NCBI RefSeq assembly: GCF_046119375.1
Contig: NW_027362764.1
Location: 604,066,001 to 604,130,000 of the forward strand
DNA length: 64,000 nt
Source of the DNA: Phyllobates terribilis
Taxonomy: Eukaryota
Reading direction: 5' to 3'
The notes beneath the pieces are model-generated. The model saw nothing but the letters and a program-made list of their open reading frames with translations, made no database searches and was not told the origin of the DNA. This document shows positions 12,845 to 25,164 of the stretch, one piece after another (positions within the stretch are counted from its first letter, which is position 1; each line of letters opens with the position of its first letter). Made by a program: the position numbers and the translations under genes.

Positions 12845-14434
12845 GGACACACCTCATTTAAAGATTTTTCTGTATTTTCTTGACTATGAAAATTGTACAT
12901 TCACACTGAAGGCATCAAAACTAAGAATTAACACATGTGGAATTATATACTTAACAAAAAGTATGAAACAACTGAAAATATGTCTTACATTGTAGGTTCT
13001 TCAAAGTAGCCAACTTTTGCTTTGATGACTGCTTTGCACACTCTTGGCATTCTCTTGATGAGCTTCAAGAGGTAGTCACCGGAAATGGTCTTCCAATAAT
13101 CTTGAAGGAGTTCTCAGAGATGCTTAGCACTTGTTGGCCCTTTTGCCTTCACTCTGCTGTCCAGCTCACCCCAAACCATCTCGATTGTGTTCAGGTCTGG
13201 TGACTGTGGAGGCCAGGTCATCTTGCCTAGCACCCCATCACTCTTCTTCTTGGTCAAATAGCCCTTACACAGCCTGGAGGTGTGTTTGGGGTCATTGTCC
13301 TGTTGAAAAATAAATGATGGCCTAAATAAACGCAAATCTGATGGAATAGCATGCCGCTGCAAGATGCTGTAGTAGCCATGCTGGTTCAGTATGCCTTCAA
13401 TTTTGAATAAATCCCCAACAGTGTCACCAGCAAAGCACCCCCACACCATCACACCTCCTCCTCCATGCTTCACGGTGGGAACCAGGCATGTAGAGTCCAT
13501 CCGTTCAACTTTTCTGCGTCGCACAAAGACACGGTGGTTGGAACCAAAGATCTCAAATATGGACTCATCAGACCAAAGCACAGATTTCCACTGGTCTAAT
13601 GTCCATTCCTTGTGTTCTTTAGCCCAAACAAGTCTCTTCTGCTTGTTGCCTGTCCTTAGCAGTGGTTTCCTAGCAGCTATTTTACCATGAAGGCCTGCTG
13701 CACAAAGTCACCTCTTAACAGTTGTTAAAGAGATGTGTCTGCTGCTAGAACTCTGTGTGGCATTGACCTGGTCTCTAATCTGAGCTGCTGTTAACCTGCG
13801 CTTTCTGATGCTGGTGACTCCAATAAACTTATCCTCAGAAGCAGAGGTGACTCTTGGTCTTCCTTTCCTGGGGCGGTGCTCATGTGAGCCAATTTCTTTG
13901 TAGCGCTTGATGGTTTTGCAACTGCACTTGGGGACACTTTCAAAGTTTTCCCAATTTTTCGGACTGACTGACCTTCATTTCTTAAAGTAATGATGGCCAC
14001 TCGTTTTTCTTTACTTAGCTGCTTTTTTCTTGCCATAATACAAATTCTAACAGTCTATTCAGTAGGACTTTCAGCTGTGTATCCACCTGACTTCTGCACA
14101 ACACAACTGATGGTCCCAGCCCCATTTATAAGGCAAGAAATCCCACTTATTAAACCTGACAGGGCACACCTGTGAAGTGAAAACCATTTCCGGTGACTAC
14201 CTCTTGAAGCTCATCAAGAGAATGCCAAGAGTGTGCAAAGCAGTCATCAAAGCAAAAGGTGGCTACTTTGAAGAACCTAGAATATAAGACATATTTTCAG
14301 TTGTTTCACACTTTTTTGTTAAGTATATAATTCCACATGTGTTAATTCATAGTTTTGATGCCTTCAGTGTGAATGTACAATTTTCATAGTCATGAAAATA
14401 CAGGAAAATCTTTAAATGAGAAGGTGTGTCCAAA
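12845..14434 (-). mobile_element. Tc1 transposon with long (about 245-bp) inverted repeats and a frameshifted transposase; both termini lost in N gaps
   Basis: Inverted repeats at about 12845-13089 and 14182-14434. Minus-strand ORFs MARKKQLSKEKRVAII (from 14036) and LWSDESIFEIFG...QQDNDPKH...WPPQSPDLNTIE (13114-13581). Confidence 0.92.
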
Positions 14435-14574
14435 NNNNNNNNNNNNNNNNNNNNNNNNNNNNNNNNNNNNNNNNNNNNNNNNNNNNNNNNNNNNNNNNNN
14501 NNNNNNNNNNNNNNNNNNNNNNNNNNNNNNNNNNNNNNNNNNNNNNNNNNNNNNNNNNNNNNNNNNNNNNNNNN
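14435..14574. other. Assembly gap or masked run (about 140 N)
   Basis: Run of N. Confidence 0.98.
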
Positions 14575-16109
14575 TTTAAGTCTGATGGTGAATTTGAACC
14601 GGTTAATATGATCCGGATTCTAAAGAATGCTCATTCCCAACTATAAGCTCGTGTAAACATGACGGTGATCACCCGATGCTCAAGCAAAAAATGCTCCTTC
14701 TTGGGGTGATCAGATCTTTTATGCTGGTATAAAAATCATTATCAACCGTACTTCACCTATGTAAACCAAGGAGGTGCTCCCGATAACAACATGATGATGC
14801 ATGGGGACAGATTGTTCATATCAACGGTCATTTTGCTCCCATGTATATTCAACAGCCTGTGTAAACAGGCAGGTAAATTTGTGCTGATCAACTTAGTTGA
14901 CTGGTTCTTGTTAAAGTGCATTGATGGGTCGAAATCGACTTGTTTAAATGCACCATCAGAGATTTCTTCTCTCTGGGTCTAAAGACTGGATTAGTGATGG
15001 CATTCACTGATCATTCTGACTCTGCAGTAAATGGGAGGTTATGTGATATCGGCTGTCAGATTGTCGAGGAAGTTGCTAAATGACGCAATCTAAAAAGATG
15101 AAAAAAGTAGAGGATGTTTGGGTGGATCACAGGGTGTGTTGCCTGAAGACAATTGGCCTCATTTATCAAACATGCCTAAAAGAAAAACTTTTTGCAGCCC
15201 ATAGTGACCAATCAGAGCTCAGCTATTGTTTGAAGAGCTCTGGTAAAATAAAAACTGCATTTTGATTGGTTGCTATGGGCAACAAAGATAATTCTAATTT
15301 TGGACATTTTTTTTCCTAAAACTTCCCCCTCGGGGCCTCATTTATCAAATTGGTTTATATAAGCTACAACCAGTTTTGCCAAATCTACCCCAATAAACCT
15401 ACAGTACAGAGTATATTTATGATATCTTCCTTTTATGAAAAGAGATTCTCCTTAAAGTAAGCCTGTCAGAAACTTTTACCATCCCCTCAAACCCCAGCCA
15501 TTAATATGATTGTGTAGGCCTTTAAAATATAAGTCAGTGCTGATCCAACAGCGAGAAATCGCATTTTGAAGTTGTGTCTGTAGTGCATTGGGATGTGACG
15601 ATGCTCTTCTAGCTTCTCAGCCTCATGCTTTATCTCCTACCTAGGAGCCTCCTTCCCTGGATGATTGACAGATGGTTTGCTTTGGTACATGGCCACTGAC
15701 CTGTCAATCAGCTAGAGGAAGGAGCTGTTGGGTGAGAAATATAGTGCAAGGCTGAGAAGGTGGAAGTGCACCGTCACGCCCCAATGCACTTCCAGACACA
15801 ATGTGATTTCTCACTGCTAAATCAGCACTTTGCGGTCATAAAGGGTCAACTGGCTTATCTTTTAAGGGGCTACACAATTATTAATGGTTTTGGAGGGGAA
15901 AATTTCTGACAGACTCCCCTTCAGATACAATTGGGACGTTCCTTTCAGTAAAGTAAGATCTTCCACTTCACCCCCCGAAGTAAAGAAGTGACTGTCATTT
16001 CCTTTGGTGTAAAGACAGTAATATAAATGGACTAGAAGAGCGGTCTGACCAGATAATAACCTTTCACTCTTATGTTTTAATTGTAAAAAATCTTCTCTGT
16101 CTGTCTTAG

Positions 16110-16276
16110 TCTTCCACCCTGTCGAGTGTTCCTATTGCCACAGTGAGAGTATGATGGGTTTCCGCTATCGCTGCCAGCAATGTCACAATTACCAGCTCTG
16201 TCAGGACTGCTTCTGGAGGGGACATGCCAGCGGTTCCCATAGCAACCAACACCAAATGAAAGAGTATACGTCATGG
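16110..16276 (+). CDS. dtna: dtna exon 7, ZZ zinc finger ([56 protein letters not shown])
   Basis: CTTAG acceptor, GTAAGA donor; 167 nt; CxxC motifs of the ZZ domain intact. Confidence 0.98.
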
Positions 16277-16362
16277 GTAAGAGAAGGTTCACTGGGCTCG
16301 GCAGCTGCACCGTACAGAGGCGCACACAAGAGTGGACTAACCCAGACAGGGCAGGGCCGGCA

Positions 16363-16437
16363 ATGAATGTAGGGAGAGAGGCAGAGTGTTACTTTGATTA
16401 TGACTCTGGAAGACATTGGTTTATGAATGGCACACGT
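16363..16437 (+). CDS. dtna: Candidate coding part of an internal alternative first exon (exon 7b-like): [25 protein letters not shown]
   Basis: ATG at 16363 and a second in-frame ATG at 16423 are open to a consensus donor CGT|GTAAGT at 16438, in phase 0 like exon 8. No transcript evidence. Confidence 0.35.
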
Positions 16438-16968
16438 GTAAGTATTTAGCTTGGCACGGGGGGTGTTGGGGGCTATGCTGGTACTACGCAGTCCTGGATA
16501 CAATCAGGTATTGTCATTCATCCTCTTATTATAGATCTGCTGCGTCAGAGTCGTAGAATAGACCGGTTATATGTCTTTGTATTTAATATCACAGTGGAAG
16601 TGTGCAAGATGGATAGAAATAGAAGTCTATAATTATGGATGTAACTTGTAAGACCCGGAGCTGCTACACACAAAAAAAATCCATCCAGCATGTGTTATAG
16701 TCCCTGGCTTATCCATTGGGAATGGAGACAAGGGTTAAAAAAGACGTGTAGACTCCAACATAGAGCATGAGCAAGATATTGACCGTGTGATGCTAGAATT
16801 GTGTCTGCTAAAACGCTGCAATGTAATAGTTTCTATCAAGTTTAGTAAGTCGTGAGAATATTTATAACAGTTGTCATAGCTCAGTGATCTGGGAAAAAAA
16901 GACTGGTTAAAATATGGCTTCTAATTAAAGAAAATGATATATTGATTAGATGTGTTTGCTGTTGACAG

Positions 16969-17093
16969 AAATCCCCTGCCAAGAAGCTCACTAATGCACT
17001 AAGCAAGTCTTTAAGCTGTGCTTCCAGCCGTGAGCCGCTGCATCCCATGTTTCCTGATCAGCCGGAAAAACCTTTAAACCTGGCTCATATTGT
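16969..17093 (+). CDS. dtna: dtna exon 8 ([42 protein letters not shown])
   Basis: GACAG acceptor, GTGAGT donor; 125 nt. Confidence 0.98.
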
Positions 17094-17695
17094 GTGAGTA
17101 TCAGACCTCTCAGCCATGGACAACGTCCGGGGCCTGCACATGTATGTGGGCTCCGCAATAGAGGTGTCCTCTGCACCACAGATCTTTAGGTTGCTGTGAA
17201 TTGTTTGTTAGCCTTGGGTATAAAAGCAAATGCAAATCCTTTGTATTCCATATCTTTTATGAAGCAGAGCAACATGCTCAAGGTCGAAACGCTGAAATGA
17301 ATAATATGCGTTTTACTTGGTGACCGTAACCATGTAATAATGAGAATCTAGTGAAAACCTCTAAGGTACGACGTATAATACACTTGTCATTGGTGACTTC
17401 ATTATATCTCATCAATTAATAGATTTACATTTCCCACTCAATGCCATATACTTTTTATCTCAAAGATAGTTATTACATTTATACCTGTCATCAGTAAAGG
17501 GCTATAATTAAAATCTTTGCCCAAACCAGATATACATATAAAACAATTGTGCCTACTGGGAATTTTGTGACCTCCTGTGTCTTCCAGACAGCTTTTTTGC
17601 GGTTCTGTCTAAAACATGAAGGGGTTAAGAGTTTATGAAGGAAACTCAATGTAGAAATTTTTGAAAAATGTGAAAATAGTCAGACAACCCTTTAA

Positions 17696-18032
17696 AGAGG
17701 ACCTGTCACCAGGACAAAGGTGGCCAGTTTTTGCTCTTATATTATTCCCGCTGCTCTCCTGAATATTTTTTTTTTTTTTTTTCTTGTTTTAAGTCTGTTA
17801 TTTTAATGATCTTTACCAAGATGCGTAGCAGGCAGGATTCTCTGGGGGCATGTCTATAGGCTGCTCTGCATAATTACCCTATAGGCAACACCCATTTGGT
17901 ATCAACCATAAATAATAACATATTGGGGGCAGTAAATAAAAAGGCACACCTCTCTGGAACCTCTGAATGCTCAGAGGAGGGAATAAGATGAGAGTAAAAA
18001 CTGGCCACTTTTGACATGGTGATAGAACCTCT
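17696..18032. mobile_element. TTAA-flanked T2/Kolobok-like MITE
   Basis: TTAA-AGAGGACCTGTCACC...GGTGATAGAACCTCT-TTAA, with subterminal IR GGTGGCCAGTTTT / AAAACTGGCCAC. Confidence 0.75.
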
Positions 18033-18036
18033 TTAA

Positions 18037-19009
18037 CCCCTTCATGCCTTGGCCATTTTCCGTTTTTTCCTCCCCTTCTTCCAAGAGCCATAACTTTTTT
18101 TTAGATTTTTGTCAATATAGTCATATGAGAAAGATGCAATTCCACAGTTGTTTTTTGTTTTTTTATTTACCATGTTCACTATATGGTAAAACTGATCTGG
18201 CAATATGATTCCCCAGGTTAGGCCTCTTTCACACGTCCTGATATTTCCGGTACTGGAAAACCCAGTAGCTGTGCTGTGTACCCAGTACACAGTGTCCGTG
18301 TGTATGTGTGCCATCTGTGTGCACCATCAGCGTGGCACATACTGGAATAGAATGCAGAATAGAAATGACAAATGTTTAGGTGTTAGATGTGCAAAGATAG
18401 AGGATAGAGAGATGTCCGTGAGATATAGAATTAGTGCCATGCGTGTGTTTACTGTACATACATTTAGCAAAAAAATAAATAAATGAAAAAAATGGCGTGG
18501 GGTCTCCCCTATTTTTAATAACCAGGTAAGGGAAAGCGGACAGCTGTGAGCTGGTCTTATTATTCTGGGTAGGGCCCAGTAAACATGGAGCTTCCCAGCC
18601 TATTAATATCATCTCGCAGCTGTCTGCTTAGTCTTTGGTGGTTATTAAAAAAATTTGGGGGACCCCACGCCATTTTTTTCTTGTGAACGGGCTGGTATTC
18701 ACAGGAGTATCGTAATGGTAGGTCTTCTGCAGACCCCCGGCTGTCATGACAACCCATCACTGCCCCGCGATCCCAAGCGCGCCAATGGTAGAGTGGAATG
18801 CCGCACGCCCCGCCGGCGTTTGTTAAATTCCACTGTCAGAGATTGTTAGCTGGATTTAACTGGTTAACAGCTGTGGGTGGAGCTCCTATCCACCCGTGGC
18901 TGTTAAAGACTGAATCATGTGCAGGGAAAGATGTGGGCTCAGCGTCAGAGCTCTCATCAGTCGGGGACACGACATATGACGTAAATATATGTCATATGTC
19001 ATGAAGGGG
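18037..19009. mobile_element. piggyBac-like non-autonomous element
   Basis: TTAA-CCCCTTCATGCC...GTCATGAAGGGG-TTAA; no ORF. Confidence 0.8.
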
Positions 19010-19013
19010 TTAA

Positions 19014-19178
19014 AGAAAACTTGTCTGCATGATTTTTCAGTGTAAAGTAAAGAAATAATGATTAAAGAAGAACAACAAAATACATTTCTTCACCAAATGT
19101 ATCAATTAAATCTTCATTACTGCGCCATTACAGCCATGTTTTTGCTTAATATTAGAAAATCATCCTGACAGGTTCTCT
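19014..19178. mobile_element. Short TTAA-flanked MITE
   Basis: TTAA-AGAAAACTTGTC..ATGATTTT / AAAATCAT..GACAGGTTCTCT-TTAA. Confidence 0.6.
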
Positions 19179-21065
19179 TTAAGTATAATTTTCCGTCACT
19201 TTGATTTTGTTCAAAGTGCTTAATGTTAGTACAGATATCCCTGCTTGTGCAGTTTTGACCAGAGTTGTCTTTAGGTGCTCGCTTCGATGGGTGCACTCTG
19301 CTAATTATTTTGTTGATTTCGTTTCTCCAAAATTATGCGCCGTATATATTTTTTTTTCTGCAAAAAGTATCAATCATATTTTTCCCTGCAGTCAGATTAC
19401 TGGTCTGTTGACGCCACTGATAACCGTTCATCACATTTGATCACAAGAAAAGAGCAGCAAACAGCGCTATTAAAACTATCAGACGGCCGGGCACCACATC
19501 AGAATCTTGTTAGCTTGAGACACTGTGGATCTGGCGGAGCTTCCTTTATAAACAGAGAACCAAATCTTCCTGGAACATGATTAGTTAACTAAAGTTATGA
19601 AATTTCTGAGTGTGTTCCATGAAAATTAGATTATGGGACTATTTGGGATTGGGACTGGGGATGACCATCTCCGTGCAGCACTGTGGAGTGTGGTGCTATA
19701 TAAAAGCCAAGAGCTAATTGAAGTTTAACATTTATTCTGTATTCACAATCTCTAAAAATCCGTCTTGGATTCTTACAGTCATCTTTTAGATGTCTGACTT
19801 CTACATTAGCTTCTTTTTGTTTTGTTTTTTTTTTCTATTTTTAATAACTTGATTGAATGTACAATCCAGATCTGATCAGCGCCGTATTATTTTCTTTTTT
19901 GACCCTTCTGATGCATGAATGCTGCGCAACAACTTGGAAAACAATTTCTGTATACAAAGCTTTTAGTAATTGCATGATTTCTGCTTTTGCCTGGCTTTTG
20001 GGGACTGTGTCTGTTGCTTCTCTTACAGTTCAAAACTTATTGTATTACTTTTTATTTGCTCTGGCTTCTGGACTCACCGTGAACATCCTTTAAAAGTTTT
20101 GACTCATCAGGGACACCAGGCACAGGGTTAATCAATGTTCAGGCATTGAAGGAATTGGAGTAATTATTGTTTTCACATTGCATTTATGTATCTTGTGTAC
20201 AATGTGCAACTTCAGATACTTGAAAACCAGGCTCCCATTAACTCAACAGGGACAACCACTGATTTTGAAGAGGTGTTATTCAATTTGAGGAGGACCTGTC
20301 ACCGGGTCAAAAGGGACACATTTTTTTACCTTATTTTATTCTTTCTGTTCCCTTGAGTATTCAGTTTATTTAAACCTTCCATACAGTTCCAGATATACGG
20401 GCGTTTTAACTTAATGTGCTCCTTATGCAAATTTTTAAGGTCTTTACCTTGGGGTGTTGCTTGCACAATTCTCTTGGTGTGGAAGATGGAAGGGGGTATC
20501 TTTAGGCTGGTCTGAATAATTAATGTGAGAGCAACATCCTCTTGATTAAGACCATAAAAATTTGCATATTGGGTGTGGTGAAAAAAAATGCCCCATATCT
20601 CTGGAACTGTGTGACGGATTAAAAAAAAACCCAATGCAATACTCAGTGGAGCAGTTACCATAAAATAACAGTGAAAACTGAACACTTATGAGCTGATGAC
20701 TGGTCTTCTTTCAGTCTACGAAAAATATGGAAAATGTTACAAGGATTAGGATAGTATGTCTTTAATTCACTTTAATTTAGTCAAAAAATAACTTGATATC
20801 ACATTAAATTAATTGTAGCAAAATTGTACAATATAGGCTCGTACGGCCAGAGCTCTGTCTCTTCACTGTGCTTCTGTCTTTTTATATACTTTATACATTT
20901 TATATGCCATTGTTCTTTATATTTGTTTTAATGTTTTATGCACATTGTCATGGAGGTGGATCCAAAAATATATAATCTCATTGGCCAGATTTGTTTTGTA
21001 TTAATAAATGTACTCTATTTAATTTGTGTCTATAATTCTGTACTTTCTTTTCTGCCTTCAAAAAG

Positions 21066-21074
21066 GGACACTTG
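21066..21074 (+). CDS. dtna: dtna exon 9, 9-nt microexon GGACACTTG (adds DTW)
   Basis: Pyrimidine tract and AAAAG acceptor, GTGAGT donor. GT+G GAC ACT TG+G reads V-D-T-W, matching the recalled mammalian HIVDTWPPRP. Confidence 0.93.
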
Positions 21075-22991
21075 GTGAGTATTGTCACCTGCAACCAGTC
21101 TAGTTGGAGATCACTACCATACTCATCATTCGTGTATAGATCCTGCATTGTGCTTAGTATTCATTGACATTTACTCTCCTTCTTACATATTAAAATATTA
21201 AGAGGGCCATGCACACTATTTCATATACATTCATTATTCTTCCATGTTTTCATCTATGCCTGACTCCTTTGTTATGTAAAGTGTGATAGTACATTGTCAA
21301 AATATCTCACACATAGGAGTTTTTTACTTTTCTCTTACAAATCATATGCAGGAAATAGTTGATTTCTTCTTATGCCAATTTTATTAAGTACTACAAGATA
21401 TGTGCACACGTTGAATATTTACCGCAGATTTTTCTGCAGCAAAAACCAAAGTGTTGGCAGGAAAAATGTTTGCATAAAATACGCTTGTTTTTGCATGCTT
21501 TATTGATGCTTTTTTTTTTTCATTTGAATGGGTGAAAAGCATTGCAAAAACACAGAAAGCATTGACACGCTACAGGTTTGCAAAAACGCTTTGATGGTTC
21601 AAATCTGCAGGGAAAAAAATAAGGAGAATGTGCATGAGAATTCAGAAATCTCATTCACTTGGCTGTAAAATACTACATTTTGTGCGCTGCAAAAGCATAG
21701 TGTGTGAACAAGTCAATTGATTGAATTTGAAATTTTTGAGATTAATGATTACCTATAAATTTATCATTACATGTTGAAGATTAATAATAATTGATTGTAA
21801 AGGGGTTGTCCAATGAAAACATATTATCCCACTGCCGGTAACCACGTCAGTTGGGAAATCGATGACCTTTTACCCCCATTACAGAAGGTAGTATCAGGTC
21901 AACACCTGAACGCCCCTCCATTTGTTCTGACGTAAAGACGCTGAGTGCAGCACTTGGCAGCCCCATAGGTGATGAATGGAGCAGTGGATGATCATGTGCA
22001 CTCCCACTCTATTCTAAAGAAATCCAATCATTTAGACCCCACCAATCAACAAGTTATTACTGGGTAACCTATATGCCACCAGACTTTTGTACCTCATCTG
22101 AGAGTAGCATAATGTTGGGGACCATGATTCCAGCGCTTGGTCACTTCCTTGGCTGCTTGATGTAGTTTTGATAAAACAGTATTTTATTGGCAGATTATCA
22201 CTGATAGGAATAGTAAACCTGCAACATGATGACTCATATTTGATTTCTCTTTCACTGCCCCTACCGCAGTTTATTTAATGCCTATGCACAGTGTAGAAAG
22301 AAAGCTGTCAATCAATGATGTGTGTGGCAATATACAGAGCTCAGCATTCAGAGATCGGGTAGATCTACAAAGTATGCAATAGTAATTTTATCAAAACTAC
22401 AGAAGCAGCCTAATAAATGACACATCACTTGAATCAGAGTCTATTTTCTTATATTATGTTGCTCTTAGATGGGGCAGCAAATATCTGGCTACAGATTCCC
22501 TTTCAGAAAGTGTTAACATTTAGGATTTCTTGTATTAGAGAGAGAGAGACCCCGAGGCCTTTGGCAGCCCCCTAACCCTTACTATGACCATTTTATAGCA
22601 CCAAAGTTCAGGTCCCCATTGACTTCTATGGGGTTTAGGTACAGTTCTGGTTCCTGAACTGAACTTTGGACTAAAGTTTGGTATAACCTGAACTTACATG
22701 GGTCCGCTCATCCCTAATGCCAACCCCTTGACACCACTTATGTTATGTGAAGAGCTCTTAGCAAAGAGCAGCCTCTGACCATCACCGAGATCTGAGAACA
22801 CAAAGCTGAGACTGAAGCTGCCTAATCTAATTTAATATGGCGGCAGTGCGGAGTGGTTTTACTTCCGCGGACTGGTTATTATAACATATATTCTGTCACT
22901 GGAGCTTACATTCACATCATTAGGTAGTTGTACATTGTATCCTGTGCAACGTTCGACAAGCTATGACGCTAAAGAGTTGCTTTTCTTGTAG

Positions 22992-23072
22992 GCCTCCAAG
23001 ACCAGTTACCAGCATGAATGACACTATATTTTCTCACTCCGTTCCCTCAGGAAGCCCCTTCACTAACAAAAT
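22992..23072 (+). CDS. dtna: dtna exon 10 (PPRPVTSMNDTIFSHSVPSGSPFTNK)
   Basis: CTTGTAG acceptor, GTAAGT donor; 81 nt; phase 2-2. Confidence 0.96.
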
Positions 23073-24065
23073 GTAAGTATCAATCATATACACATGTATA
23101 TACCTGTACAGTGGATTAATAACTGGATGTTCAGTTCACTTGTGTCACACTGTTTGCGGCGTCTAAGTCTTATCTATACAAAATTTACAGTACTGCATGG
23201 ATAAATCTGTCTATTTCTGTACATGGGAAGTGAATATAATGCAGAGAAGAACTGAGGACCCGACTCATCAAAGCTTTTTTGACAGAATTCTGGCATAAAA
23301 AGCTTTGAAACGTCACATTTTTTCTGCAACACAAGGCTTTGCAAAAATGTGACCTTTGGTATTTTCACACCGTTTTCACCCAGCGCCACCAACATGGGCA
23401 GTGCCGCGGTGAGGTGACCCCCACTCCGAGCAGCAGCGTTCCTTACTCCACAAATCTTACTCCCTTGTGCCTCTTAGTGAATCGAGTGCCTCACACTCCA
23501 CCTTGCCTCTCATCAAGACGAGCGTGAAAAACACTGATCTTGATGAATGGGGGCCTCTGTTTTTAAAGAGGTTATAGGGTTTTAACCTACAAGTCTGCAG
23601 TCACTCTTCCTGAATACTTCTGGCCACATTCCGACTAGACTGTATCCGGCCTCGCTCAATACACTTGCACTGAGCAAGGCCAGATAGTCTAGTCGGCGCG
23701 TGACCACATGTATGCAAATCACATACTTTTGGTCACACCCCCTCCTCTCCTGGCACCGAAGAATCCTCACAGCGTGCGGTGTGCGACATTTGAGGGATCA
23801 CAAGTCTGCAGTCACACAGGTTAAGACCAGACAACCCCTTTAACCTAATTCCAAAGCTAAGAGCGCAAATTATGTTGCAATACATTAATGCATGCTGCGT
23901 GGTTTGGCTGCTGTTTTGAGACCATCTGGCTCTTACTGCATTTTCAGCTTGTATTCTGGGTATTTTATGAAGATGCAGTAGTAGTAGAAAATCTTTGGAT
24001 CCACACAAGTACTTGTGACATTTTCTTGTAACATAACCATGGACTCCACTGTTTGACTCATTCAG

Positions 24066-24155
24066 GTTACCAGACAATGTAAGTGTAACTAGTGGCATCA
24101 CTGACGAGCATTCGCTGATACAGATGTATGTGTGTCAGCTGCAGAGCCTTCCACG
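24066..24155 (+). CDS. dtna: dtna exon 11b-like cassette, extra syntrophin-binding site (LPDNVSVTSGITDEHSLIQMYVCQLQSLPR)
   Basis: TTCAG acceptor, CG|GTCAGT donor; 90 nt; phase 2-2; no stop. Aligns without gaps to the recalled human LPEGISASSPVAEEHSLIKLYVNQLDHGAR. Confidence 0.88.
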
Positions 24156-24516
24156 GTCAGTATGAGAACTAAACCACTAACCACCTTAGTTCAGTAGGTC
24201 GTACACTAAACCATTAGCATCTGGGAGTGGTTAGATGCTTCTAGATAAGCCAAGGGTGGCAGCTTGCGTAACGTTACCGTAGACTGCATGTCATATCTTT
24301 TATAGTGACATTATTTTATGTCACCAATGACTCCTCTGAAAGCAAACCATTGGGGAGTGTTGTGTCGGAATGAATATTTTCATAGTTGGACTTCATAGTT
24401 GTCTATAGCACAAGTAGAGATGATTTTGAGATCAATAATTATTCTTCATTTGCAATCAATGGCAAACCTGTATACTGGATTTTATTCTGTATTACTTCTT
24501 TAGAGTAATGTATTAA

Positions 24517-25164
24517 AGGAAATGTGTCACTAGGCTTCTACTACACCATGTAGGGGTAGAGACCTTGACTCCAGCAATGTATCACTTACTGGGCTGCCTG
24601 CTGCAGTCTTTAAAAAAAAACACTGTTTATCTGCTGCAGATTTTATTTATTTATTTTACTCGCTTATATAGAGCTGTTAATTCCACAGCGCTTTACAGAC
24701 ATTATGGGCACTGTCCCCATTGGGGCTCACAATCTAAGTTCCCTATCAGTATGTCTTTGGAGACGGGGAGAACATTCAAACTCCTTGCAGATGTTGTCCT
24801 TGGTGGGATTTGAGCCATTGCAGTGCTAACCACTGAGCCACCGTGCTGCCCATAGTTATCTGAATGCTGAGCTCTGTACAACCCCACCCACACCACTGAT
24901 TGAATACTTTGTGTACACTGTGCATAGGCAGAACTTTGCCAATCAATGCTGGGTGCAGGGTTATACAGCGCTCATATAGAATGATGACTACATGGCAGCA
25001 GGTTTTCTAGTACTATAGTAATAATCTCCTGCTGATAAAACAGCAACTTTTATCAAAACTGTAGCAAGCAGCCCAGTAAGTGACACATCGCTGGAATCAG
25101 GGTTTCTGGCCCTACATTATGCTGCTCTCAGATTAGGTGACAAAAGCTTGGTGACAGATTCCCT
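24517..25164. mobile_element. Family B T2/Kolobok-like MITE containing a SINE insertion
   Basis: AGGAAATGTGTCAC...GGTGACAGATTCCCT termini. Shares subterminal CAGTAAGTGACACATCGCTGGAATCAGGG with other copies. Confidence 0.7.
24641..24851 (-). mobile_element. tRNA-derived SINE (V-SINE/SINE2-type), internally deleted
   Basis: Minus strand begins GGGCAGCACGGTGGCTCAGTGGTTAGCACTGCA (tRNA-like A box) and ends CTGTAAAGCGCTGTGG...AAATAAATAAAA, an L2-like tail. Confidence 0.85.

Noticed and set aside
12525-14646. ORFs containing X runs
   Set aside because: Artefacts of translating N gaps.
19697-19705. TATATAAAA box in intron 8
   Set aside because: An isolated AT-rich match with no supporting exon, donor or initiator evidence.
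23073-24065. Search for terminal exon 11a (alpha-DB3, mammalian SSDGAFGGCV-like)
   Set aside because: A ...VCGV* string at 23152-23166 has no in-phase acceptor. The acceptor at 23947 gives an unrelated peptide. Read-through of exon 10 gives ...NKM* at once. None is supportable without transcripts.
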